Source of the DNA: Phycisphaera mikurensis NBRC 102666
GTDB taxonomy: Bacteria; Planctomycetota; Phycisphaerae; Phycisphaerales; Phycisphaeraceae
Assembly (NCBI RefSeq): GCF_000284115.1
Contig: NC_017080.1
Coordinates: 3,450,001-3,482,000 of the forward strand
Length of the DNA: 32,000 bases
Direction: 5' to 3'
The translations under genes were made by a program, and so were the position numbers. Below the pieces are notes generated by a model. It was not told the DNA's origin. It did no database searches and saw only the letters and a program-made list of their open reading frames with translations. This document shows positions 22,741 to 31,126 of this stretch, piece by piece. The first letter of the stretch is position 1. The number at the start of each line of letters is the position of its first letter.

Positions 22741-23817
22741 ATGAGCCTCTCCATCGCTGTGATCGCCGGTGACGGCATCGGTCCCGAAGTCGTCGATGCC
22801 GCGTTGGAGGTGCTCGACGCAACCGGGCTGGCCACCGAGCGGGAAGCGTTCCCCTTCTCCGCCGCCCACTACCTCCAGACCGGGGCGGTTCTCACCGACG
22901 CCGACGTCCGGCGTCTCCGCCGCTTCGACGCGATCCTGCTCGGCGCCGTGGGCGGGCAGCCCAACGACCCGCGGCTCGCGGGCGGCGTCATCGAGAAGGG
23001 GATCCTGCTGAAGCTCCGCTTCGACCTGGACCAGTACGTCAACTACCGGCCGGTCAAGCTCTACCCCGGCATCGACACGCCGCTGCGGGGACGCGGGCCG
23101 GAGGACATCGACTTCGTCTGCATCCGCGAGAACACCGAGGGCCTCTACGCCGGCATGGGCGGCGCCGCCCGCGTGGGCACGCCGCAGGAGGTCAGCACGC
23201 AGACCATGCTGACGACCGCCTTCGGCGTCGAGCGTTGCGTGCGGTACGCCTTCGGCGTCGCGCAGCACCGGGAACGCGCGCACCTCACGCTGATCCACAA
23301 GACCAACGTCCTGACGCACGCCGGCGCGACCTGGAAGCGCGTCTTCGACGGCGTCGCCGCGGAGTTCCCGCAGGTCGAGACCGGCTACCACCACGTCGAC
23401 GCCTGCTGCATGCACATGGTCGCGAACCCCGGCCAGTACGACGTGCTCGTGGTGCCCAACATGTTCGGCGACATCATCACCGACCTGGGCGCCGCCATCG
23501 CCGGCGGCATGGGCATCGCCGCCAGCGGCAACCTCAACCCCGACGGCACCGCCCCGTCGATGTTCGAGCCCGTCCACGGATCCGCTCCCGACATCGCCGG
23601 TCAGAACCTTGCCAACCCCATCGCCGCCATCGACTCGCTCGGGCTCCTGCTCCGCGAGACCGGCCGCATCAAGGGCGACGGCGAAGCGGTGGAGGCCGGC
23701 GACCGCGTGGGCGAAGCCGTGCGGGCGGTGACGCCGCGCTTCGCCGGCAAGGGGCTCGACCGCAGCGGCTACGGCACGGACGAGGTGACCGCGATGGTCA
23801 TCGCGGCCCTCGCCTGA
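22741..23817 (+). CDS. leuB: 3-isopropylmalate dehydrogenase family
   Basis: IAVIAGDGIGPEVV...LTDADVRRLRRFDAILLGAVG...RENTEGLYAGMGG...VVPNMFGDIITDLGAAIAGGMGIAASGNLNPDGTAPSMFEPVHGSAPDIAGQNLANPIAAI; 358 aa. Confidence 0.88.
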   Translation: MSLSIAVIAGDGIGPEVVDAALEVLDATGLATEREAFPFSAAHYLQTGAVLTDADVRRLRRFDAILLGAVGGQPNDPRLAGGVIEKGILLKLRFDLDQYVNYRPVKLYPGIDTPLRGRGPEDIDFVCIRENTEGLYAGMGGAARVGTPQEVSTQTMLTTAFGVERCVRYAFGVAQHRERAHLTLIHKTNVLTHAGATWKRVFDGVAAEFPQVETGYHHVDACCMHMVANPGQYDVLVVPNMFGDIITDLGAAIAGGMGIAASGNLNPDGTAPSMFEPVHGSAPDIAGQNLANPIAAIDSLGLLLRETGRIKGDGEAVEAGDRVGEAVRAVTPRFAGKGLDRSGYGTDEVTAMVIAALA

Positions 23818-23941
23818 AGCGTCCTCCCGCCGGGCGGAACCCGGCGGGGCCCCGGCTCCGTACACCTCTACCTCCCGGCGTGGCGGAACCCCGCTGCGCC
23901 CCGCCCGCTTCGACCCACCGCCCCCTCCCCCGGAGACCCTC

Positions 23942-25054
23942 ATGCGCCTCGCTCCTTCCACCCTCGCCCTCCTCGCCGCCGCCCTCCTCGCCGGCCCCGC
24001 CGCCGCCCAGGAAGCCCCCGCGGCGGAGGCGCCCGCGGCCGACGCCCCCGCGACCGGGGCGGCCCCCCTCCCCGAGCGCCTCCAGGCCGCCGGTGCGGAG
24101 CTGCGGCAGGTGCTCGCCTCCCCCGACGCGGTGCTCGATCCGGAACAGCGCGAGGCCAATCGGGACCGGGTGGTGCCGGCGATCTTGAAGATGCGCGGCC
24201 TGCTCAGCGAGGGCATCGAGGCCGGCATGGTGCCGCCCGCCGCCACCGGCGAGTTCGACATGATGCTCGCCCTCTACGAGCATGAGGAGACGGTGGAGCG
24301 GCTGGAGGCCGAAGCGGAAGCCGAAGGCCCCGCGGCCGACGGCGCCTTCGGCTCGCTCGTCGCGGCCGACGCCCTGGCCGCCACCGACGACGCCGGTCGC
24401 GACGCCGCGGTCGGGCGCTTCGCCGACCGGGCCGCCGAGCGGCCCGACAGCGAGGCGCTGGTCGGCGTCGGCGGCATGCTCATGAGCCTGCCGGGGATGG
24501 GTGAGGCCCAGCGTGAGCGGGTGATGGCGGTGCTGGACGAGACGCTCACCAGCGAGGGCGCCGCCCGCGTGGTGGCCGGGATGAAGGCGGAGTCCGAGGC
24601 CGAGGGCAAGCTCGACGCGCTCGTCGGCCAGCCGCTGGTGCTCGCGGGAACGACCGCCGACGGCGGCACGGTCTCCACCGCCGACTGGAAGGGCAAAGTC
24701 GTGCTGGTCGACTTCTGGGCCACCTGGTGCGGGCCGTGCATCGCCGAGCTGCCGAAGGTGAAGAAGGCCTACGCCGACTACAAGGACCAGGGCCTGGAGG
24801 TGCTGGGCGTCAGCTGCGACGCCTCCGCCGAGGACGTCACCTCCTTCGTCGCCGACCAGGACGGGATGCCGTGGCCGAACCTCTTCGAAGAGGGCCAGGA
24901 CGGCTGGCACCCGCTCGCCACCGAGCTCGGCGTGCGGGCGATCCCGACCATGTTCCTCATCGACCGGGCCGGGATCGTCCGCAGCGTGACCGCGCGGGAG
25001 GATTACAAGGAGCTGATCCCGGTGCTGCTCGCCGAGGAAGCGCCGTCGATGTGA
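23942..25054 (+). CDS. Secreted TlpA-like thioredoxin-fold protein
   Basis: Signal peptide MRLAPSTLALLAAALLAGPAAA; VVLVDFWATWCGPCIAELPKVKKAY...LGVRAIPTMFLIDRAGIV; 370 aa. Confidence 0.88.
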   Translation: MRLAPSTLALLAAALLAGPAAAQEAPAAEAPAADAPATGAAPLPERLQAAGAELRQVLASPDAVLDPEQREANRDRVVPAILKMRGLLSEGIEAGMVPPAATGEFDMMLALYEHEETVERLEAEAEAEGPAADGAFGSLVAADALAATDDAGRDAAVGRFADRAAERPDSEALVGVGGMLMSLPGMGEAQRERVMAVLDETLTSEGAARVVAGMKAESEAEGKLDALVGQPLVLAGTTADGGTVSTADWKGKVVLVDFWATWCGPCIAELPKVKKAYADYKDQGLEVLGVSCDASAEDVTSFVADQDGMPWPNLFEEGQDGWHPLATELGVRAIPTMFLIDRAGIVRSVTAREDYKELIPVLLAEEAPSM

Positions 25055-25106
25055 GCGGCGAGGCGGCCGCCCCGGGCCGCCGACCCCAGGAGCCGAGGAG
25101 CCGCGA

Positions 25107-25156
25107 CGCCGCGGACCGCCGGCCGGCCGAGCCCCCCCGCCCCGCGGTCCGCGGCG
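25107..25156. terminator. Stem-loop downstream of the TlpA-like gene
   Basis: CGCCGCGGACCG (25107-25118) and CGGTCCGCGGCG (25145-25156), perfect 12-bp arms. Confidence 0.45.
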
Positions 25157-25187
25157 CGGGCGCAGAACCCGCACGCGCCGCCGGCGT

Positions 25188-25199
25188 ATTGTCGACAAT
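25188..25199. promoter_or_regulatory. Perfect 12-bp palindrome ATTGTCGACAAT, candidate operator for the downstream glycosidase gene
   Basis: ATTGTCGACAAT equals its own reverse complement, in an otherwise very GC-rich intergenic region about 58 bp before the 25257 start; shape resembles operators of GntR-type repressors. Confidence 0.5.
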
Positions 25200-25256
25200 C
25201 AACCGGCCCCGCACCCGGGCGTCGGCCGATTCGCCGCTCCCCTCCCCAGGCCGCTC

Positions 25257-27464
25257 ATGCCCACGCTCCCCCGCCTCCCTCACGCCGTGCTCGCCGGGCT
25301 CCTGCTCTGCCCCGCGGGGGTTGCCGCCGCCGCGGCGGACACCGCTCAGAACGCCAACGACGCGCACGGCGAGACCCGCACCGCCTCCGCGCGGCCTGAC
25401 ACGCCGCTGACCACCGCGTCGGAGACGCTCATCGACTTCTCGCCGGAAGCCGGCTACGACGCGCCGCTCGCCGGCAACGCGATGACCGCCGAGCGGACCG
25501 AGCACCGGGGGCAGACCTGGCTGGAGGTCCGCACCGGCACCGGCAACGACTACCCCGGGATGAGCCTGCCGGCGCCCAACGGCTCCTGGGACCTCCGCGG
25601 CCGCCGGACGGTGGCCCTGGACGTCGTCAACCTCACGGACGAGCCGATGCAGCTGGCGATCGGCGTGAACATGCCCGGCGGCGACCAGGACGCCCAGAAG
25701 CGCATCTGGAACGCCCGCGACTTCGGCCCGCGCGAAGCCGCGACGCTGGAGATCGAGCTGTGCAACACGCCCTGGGTGCTGGACCCGCCGCTGGACCTGG
25801 TGGGCATGCGCTCCGCCCCGGGCCAAAGCCCGATCGACCTCCGCGAGATCGTCAAGGTGGTCCCCTTCCTGCGGACCCCCAAGACCGAGCACCACTTCCT
25901 GTTGGGCAACCTCCGCGCCGAGGGCATCCTCGACGTGCTCGACTCGGCGGACTTCCTGCCCTTCATCGACCGCTACGGCCAATTCAACAAGAGCGAGTGG
26001 CCCGGCAAGATCCACAGCGACGCCGAGCTGGCCGAGCAGCTCGCCGCCGAGCGGGCCGCGCACGCCGCCCGGCCCGAGCGGGCCGACGTCAACCGCTGGG
26101 GCGGCTGGACGGCCGGCCCGCAGCTGGAGGCCACCGGCCACTTCCGCACCGCGAAGCACGGCGGCATGTGGTGGCTGGTCGACCCCGACGGCCGGCTGTT
26201 CTGGTCGCACGGCGTCGACTGCGTGGACCCGCGTTTCGGCGGCACCGGCGTCGAGCACCGCGAGTCCTACTTCGCGTGGCTCCCGCCGGTCGAGGCGGGC
26301 GGGGACGACCCGCTGAGCGAGCACTACGGCGTGGGCGGCTGGGCCCCGCACGGCTTCTACGCCGACAAGGTGCCCTTCCGGATGTACGACTTCTACAACG
26401 CGAACCTGCACCGCAAGTTCGGGGACGACTGGCGGACCGGCTTCGCCGACCTCGCCCACGACCGCATCCACGCCTGGGGCATGAACACCGTCGCCGCCTG
26501 GGGCAGCGCCGCCGTCTACGGCCAGAAGAAGACGCCCTACACCGCCTTCGTCTGGATCAACGAGAGCCCGAAGATCGCCGGCAACAGCGGCTACTGGGGC
26601 CAGATCCACGACGTCTTCGACCCCCGCTTCCGCGCCGCCGTGCGGAAGAGCATCCAGGACGTGGAGACCGACGCCGGCGAATCCACCGATCCCTGGAACA
26701 TCGGCTACTTCGTGGACAACGAGATCCAGTGGGGCTCGCCGACCGGACTCGCCATCGACGTCCTGACCAGCCCGGCCGAGCAGGCTGCGAAGAAGGTTCT
26801 CGTCGAGGACCTCCGGGAGACCCACGGCGAGATCGCCTCGCTCAACGCCGCCTGGGGCACGTCCTACGCCTCTTGGGATGCGCTGCTGCGGAGCACCGCC
26901 GCCCCGCCCGATGCCGAGCGTGCCGCGCCGGACCTCCGCCCCTTCAACCTGAAGATCTACGACACCTACTTCCGGACCGTGAAGGAGGAGCTGCGGAAGA
27001 TCGCCCCGGACAAGCTGTACCTCGGCTGCCGCTTCGCGTGGCAGAACGACGAGGTCGTCCGCGCCTCCGCCCGGTACTGCGACGTGGTGAGCATGAACAA
27101 GTACGAGTTCGACGTGTCGACGCTGCGGCTGCCCGCCGACATCGACCGCCCGCTGATCATCGGCGAGTTCCACTTCGGCGCCAACGACCGCGGCATGTTC
27201 CACGCCGGCCTCAAGAAGGTCGACGACGCGGCCGCCCGCGGCGACGCCTACCGCCACTACGTCGGCGGCGCCGTCCGCAACCCGCAGATCGTCGGCACCG
27301 GCTGGTTCCAGTACATGGACCAGGCCAGCGTCGGCCGCGCCGACGGCGAGAACTACAACGTCGGCCTGGTCACCACCACCGACACGCCCCACGCCGAACT
27401 CGTCGAAGCCATCCGCGACGTCGGCGACGCGATGTACGAGGACCGCCTGGCCGCGGGGCAGTGA
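25257..27464 (+). CDS. Secreted GH50-like (beta-agarase-like) glycoside hydrolase
   Basis: Signal peptide; LPFIDRYGQFNKSEWPGKIHSDAEL...GGMWWLVDPDGRLFWSHGVDCV...GYFVDNEIQWG...PLIIGEFHFGANDRGMFHAG; TIM-barrel style with two candidate catalytic Glu (DNEIQWG, GEFHFG). Confidence 0.75.
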   Translation: MPTLPRLPHAVLAGLLLCPAGVAAAAADTAQNANDAHGETRTASARPDTPLTTASETLIDFSPEAGYDAPLAGNAMTAERTEHRGQTWLEVRTGTGNDYPGMSLPAPNGSWDLRGRRTVALDVVNLTDEPMQLAIGVNMPGGDQDAQKRIWNARDFGPREAATLEIELCNTPWVLDPPLDLVGMRSAPGQSPIDLREIVKVVPFLRTPKTEHHFLLGNLRAEGILDVLDSADFLPFIDRYGQFNKSEWPGKIHSDAELAEQLAAERAAHAARPERADVNRWGGWTAGPQLEATGHFRTAKHGGMWWLVDPDGRLFWSHGVDCVDPRFGGTGVEHRESYFAWLPPVEAGGDDPLSEHYGVGGWAPHGFYADKVPFRMYDFYNANLHRKFGDDWRTGFADLAHDRIHAWGMNTVAAWGSAAVYGQKKTPYTAFVWINESPKIAGNSGYWGQIHDVFDPRFRAAVRKSIQDVETDAGESTDPWNIGYFVDNEIQWGSPTGLAIDVLTSPAEQAAKKVLVEDLRETHGEIASLNAAWGTSYASWDALLRSTAAPPDAERAAPDLRPFNLKIYDTYFRTVKEELRKIAPDKLYLGCRFAWQNDEVVRASARYCDVVSMNKYEFDVSTLRLPADIDRPLIIGEFHFGANDRGMFHAGLKKVDDAAARGDAYRHYVGGAVRNPQIVGTGWFQYMDQASVGRADGENYNVGLVTTTDTPHAELVEAIRDVGDAMYEDRLAAGQ

Positions 27465-27493
27465 CCGGCACGCGGACCCGACCGCGCCTCTGA

Positions 27494-28667
27494 GCCGCCA
27501 CATCCACGGAGTGGATGAGCCACCCGCCCAGGTGGCTCATCGACTCCGTCGATGTAGAAGCCGAATGCAACCGGAACCGCCCGAAGCCGCGACCGGGCGT
27601 CGTTCCCGCTTCCAGCTCATCCGTCCGTCTGAGCCGCCACATCCACGGAGTGGATGAGCCACCCGCCCAGGTGGCTCATCGACTCCGTCGATGTAGAAGC
27701 CGGATGCAACCGAGACGGCCCGGAGCCGCAACCGGGCGTGGTTCCCCGCTCCCGCTCCTCCGTCCGCCCGAGCCGCCACATCCACGGAGTGGACGAGCCA
27801 CCCGCCCAGGTGGCTCATCGACTCCGTCGATGTAGAAGCGGATTGCAACCGAGACGGCCCGGAGCCGCAACCGGGCGTGGTTCCCCGCTCCCGCTCCTCC
27901 GTCCGTCTGAGCCGTCACATCCACGGAGTGGACGAGCCACCCGCTCAGGTGGCTCATCGACTCCGTCGATGTAGAAGCCGACTGCAACCGAGACGGCCCG
28001 AAGCCGCGACGGGGCCGGCTTCCCACTTCCAGCACATCCGTCTGCCTAAGCCGCCACATCCACGGAGTGGATGAGCCACCCGCTCAGGTGGCTCATCGAC
28101 TCCGTCGATGTAGAAGCCGGATGCAACCGAGACGGCCCGAAGCCGCAACCGGGCGTCGTTCCCCGCTCCCGCTCCTCCGTCTGCCTAAGCCGCCACATCC
28201 ACGGAGTGGATGAGCCACCCGCTCAGGTGGCTCATCGACTCCGTCGATGTAGAAGCCGACTGCAACCGAGACGGCCCGAAGCCGCGACCGGGCGTCGTTC
28301 CCCGCTCCCGCTCCTCCGTCCGCCCGAGCCGCCACATCCACGGAGTGGATGAGCCACCCGCTCAGGTGGCTCATCGACTCCGTCGATGTAGAAGCCGACT
28401 GCAACCGAGACGGCCCGAAGCCGCAATCGGGCGTGGTTCCCCGCTCCCGCTCATCCGTCTGCCTCAGCCGCCACATCCACGGAGTGGATGAGCCACCCGC
28501 TCAGGTGGCTCATCGACTCCGTCGATGTAGAAGCCGACTGCAACCGAGACGGCCCGAAGCCGCAACCGGGCGGGCTTCCCGCTTCCCGCTCATCCGCGCC
28601 CCTACGCCGCCACATCCACGGAGTGGATGAGCCACCCGACCGCAGGTGGCTCATCGACTCTGCCGAT
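27494..28667. repeat. Tandem array: eight complete 139-bp units plus a degenerate ninth, each with a three-hairpin core
   Basis: The motif GCCGCCACATCCACGG (GCCGTCAC in unit 4) starts at 27494, 27633, 27772, 27911, 28050, 28189, 28328, 28467 and 28606, always exactly 139 bp apart. Confidence 0.97.
27500..27555. other. Representative hairpin core of the array (unit 1)
   Basis: CATCCAC-GGA-GTGGATG (27501-27517), AGCCACC-CGCCCA-GGTGGCT (27518-27537), CATCGAC-TCC-GTCGATG (27538-27554), abutting with no linker. Confidence 0.95.
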
Positions 28668-28784
28668 TGGGAGGCTCGACGAATCCCGAGGCGGCCGGCA
28701 GCCGCTCCATCCGCGGGATCTCCTCCCGCTTGGTTGGGGCGTCCTTCGTCGTCTCCATCGCGCCACCCGGACGAGCGACCCGAC

Positions 28785-30986
28785 TCACCGCAGGAACGCG
28801 TCCGCCAGCCCGCCGTCCACGTGGATGATTTGGCCGGTCGTCCGGCTGCTCGCGTCGCTCAAGAGGAACCACGCGGCCTCGGCTTGGTCCTCGGGCCGGA
28901 TCGGGTTGTGCGTGAGCGTCCGCTCGGCGTAGAACTGCGCGAGCCGGTTGCGCAGGTCCTCGGTCTTGCCGTTCTCGGCATCGTGCTCGATGCCGTACTT
29001 GGCGAGGCTCGCGAGCACGCGCTGGCGCGGAAACATCGTCGAGCCGGCGACGACGGTCGCGGGAGCGATCGCGTTCACGCGGACCGTCGGGCTCATCTCC
29101 ACGGCCAGCTCGCGAACGAGGTGATCCGCCGCGGCCTTCGAGCAGTCGTAGGCGACGCTGCCCTTCTTCGCGACCACGGCGTTGACGCTTGTCGTGAGCA
29201 CGACCGAGCCCTCGAGGCCTTGGGCGTCGAAGACGGGCTTCATCTCCCAGACGGCGTTGTACGAGCCGCGTACGTTGACGTCGAAGGTGAGCTGCCACTG
29301 CTGCGGCGTCACCTGCCCGGTCGCCGGGTCCTGCGGGACGAAGACGCCGGCGGTGACGACGAGGTGGTCGATGCCGCCGTAGGCGAGCACCGCGTGCTTG
29401 ATCAGGCCGGCGAGCGACACCGTGTCGGTGATGTTCGCGGCGGCCGCGGTCGCTGGACCGCATCCCGAGACGCCCGTCCCCGCGACGCCGATGCCCTGGC
29501 CGTACGCGGCCGTCAGATCGTCGGCGGTTTCCTGGGCGGCCTCGAGCTTCATGTCGGCGGAGACGATGTGCCCGCCCTGGGCGGCCAGCTTCTCGGCCAC
29601 GGCCCTGCCGATGCCCGAGCCGGCGCCGACGACGACGACCACGCGGCGGGCCAGCGGCTTCTCGGCGGGCATCCGCTGGAGCTTCGCCTCCTCGAGCGCC
29701 CAGTATTCGATGTCGAAGGCCTCCTGCTGGGGCAGCCCGACGTACGCGTCGATCGCCTCGGCCCCCCGCATCACCTCGACGGCGCAGCAGTAGAACTCGG
29801 CGGTGACGCGGCTCTCGCTCTTGTTCTTGCCCCACGCGATCAAGCCCAGGCCGGGGATGAGCACGACCGTGGGGTTCGGATCCCGCATCGCGGGCGAGTC
29901 GGGCTTCTTGCAGGCTTCGTAGTAGCTCCGGTAGTCGGCGCGATACCTCTCGAGGCCCTCGTCGAGCCGCTGCTTGAGCACGTCAACGTCGCCGGACGCC
30001 GGATCCCAGTCGACGTAGAGCGGCTTGATCTTCGTCCGCAGGAAGTGGTCCGGGCAGGAGGTGCCCAGCTCGGCGAGGCGGGCGGCGTCGTGCGAGTTGA
30101 CGAACTGCAGCACGCTCTCGCGATCGTCGACCGTGCCGATGAAGCGCTGCTGCTGCGAGACGCGGCCGCGGAGCCAGGGAAGGACTTGCACGAGCAGTGC
30201 CTCACGCTCGTCGAGTCCCGGGGTGCGGTACTTCGCACCGCCGAAGGTCTGCTCGTGCTTGTCGTGGTCGGCGATGTAGCGAGCGGCGGTGTCGATCAGG
30301 TCCAGCGAGAGGTCGTAGCAGGCTCTCGCGTCGTCGTGCCAGTTGATGAGCCCGTGAGCCGCCATCAGCAGGCCTTCCAGCCGCGGGTTCTTCTTCTGCT
30401 CCTCGTGCATGAGCAGGCCCAGCTCGAAGCCGGGCCGCATCCACGGCACCCAGCCCAGCCGCCCGCCCCAGATTGTCTGCGTCAGCTCCTGGTTGTTCTT
30501 CGAGGCCGCCACCGCGATCACCGCGTTGGGGTGCATGTGGTCGACGTGCCGGGCGGGCAGAAAGGCGTGCAGCGGCGTGTCGATGCTCGACGCCCGCGGA
30601 TTCAAGTCGAAGGTGCAGTGCCTGTAGTTGGCGACCTGCTCGTCCTCGGCCGGCGTCTTGAGGCCGGTGTCCGAGCGGGCTTCGTAGGACGCCTTCAGCT
30701 GCTCCAGGCTCGCCATCGAGAGCGAGGCGAAGTTCTCTCTCTTCGACGTCCGCAGGTCGCCGCCTGAGCCCTTCACCCAGAGCACGTCGACCTCTTCGCC
30801 GGTGAGCGGGTCCTTCTGCTTGACCTTCGAGGAGGTGTTGCCGCCGCCGGTGTTGGTGATCCGCTGGTCGGCGCCGAGGATGTTGGAGCGGTAGACGAGG
30901 GCGTCGACCGGATCGGAAGGCGCCTCGGCGTCGTTCCAGAGGTACGCGACGTGGGGGCTGTTCTTCAGTGCGGCGGGATCGGGCAT
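28785..30986 (-). CDS. Bifunctional rhamnulose-1-phosphate aldolase / short-chain dehydrogenase
   Basis: N-terminal class II aldolase-like part (ITNTGGGNTSSKV...LWVKGSGGDL...HAFLPARHVDHMHPNAVIAVAA) fused to an SDR (VVVVVGAGSGIGRAVAEKLA...YDCSKAAADHLVRELAVEMSP...GQIIHVDGG); 733 aa. Confidence 0.93.
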   Translation of the reverse strand: MPDPAALKNSPHVAYLWNDAEAPSDPVDALVYRSNILGADQRITNTGGGNTSSKVKQKDPLTGEEVDVLWVKGSGGDLRTSKRENFASLSMASLEQLKASYEARSDTGLKTPAEDEQVANYRHCTFDLNPRASSIDTPLHAFLPARHVDHMHPNAVIAVAASKNNQELTQTIWGGRLGWVPWMRPGFELGLLMHEEQKKNPRLEGLLMAAHGLINWHDDARACYDLSLDLIDTAARYIADHDKHEQTFGGAKYRTPGLDEREALLVQVLPWLRGRVSQQQRFIGTVDDRESVLQFVNSHDAARLAELGTSCPDHFLRTKIKPLYVDWDPASGDVDVLKQRLDEGLERYRADYRSYYEACKKPDSPAMRDPNPTVVLIPGLGLIAWGKNKSESRVTAEFYCCAVEVMRGAEAIDAYVGLPQQEAFDIEYWALEEAKLQRMPAEKPLARRVVVVVGAGSGIGRAVAEKLAAQGGHIVSADMKLEAAQETADDLTAAYGQGIGVAGTGVSGCGPATAAAANITDTVSLAGLIKHAVLAYGGIDHLVVTAGVFVPQDPATGQVTPQQWQLTFDVNVRGSYNAVWEMKPVFDAQGLEGSVVLTTSVNAVVAKKGSVAYDCSKAAADHLVRELAVEMSPTVRVNAIAPATVVAGSTMFPRQRVLASLAKYGIEHDAENGKTEDLRNRLAQFYAERTLTHNPIRPEDQAEAAWFLLSDASSRTTGQIIHVDGGLADAFLR

Positions 30987-31030
30987 GGGGGGTGCTCGGA
31001 GGAGACGAAGCGGGTGCTTGGGGCAAAAGC

Positions 31031-31059
31031 AACATAACCGGAAATCCTGGCGGGGTCAA
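31031..31059 (-). promoter_or_regulatory. Candidate promoter of the aldolase/dehydrogenase gene
   Basis: Minus strand TTGACC-N17-TATGTT, in a locally AT-richer divergent intergenic region. Confidence 0.6.
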
Positions 31060-31126
31060 AACCAACCAAACGGACATTCTCAGCTTGAAGTCGGGTCGAA
31101 TCGGCGGTACGCTCGGTGTGGCTCCG

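Noticed and set aside
22588-24261. 557-aa plus ORF and the 23798-25198 minus ORF
   Set aside because: Alternative or antisense frames of leuB and the TlpA-like gene.
24957-27503. 848-aa plus ORF and the 25760-27493 ORF
   Set aside because: Alternative frames of the GH50-like gene; no domain signature.
27494-28667. CRISPR array
   Set aside because: The period is 139 bp and the regions between cores are themselves homologous, not unique spacers; no Cas genes are visible.
27494-28667. Protein-coding repeat domain
   Set aside because: 139 mod 3 = 1, so the frame shifts every unit. Units contain TAG, TGA or TAA in the plus strand, and the track ORFs overlap each other on both strands.
28488-30767. 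759-aa plus ORF
   Set aside because: Antisense to the aldolase/dehydrogenase; its start lies inside the repeat array.
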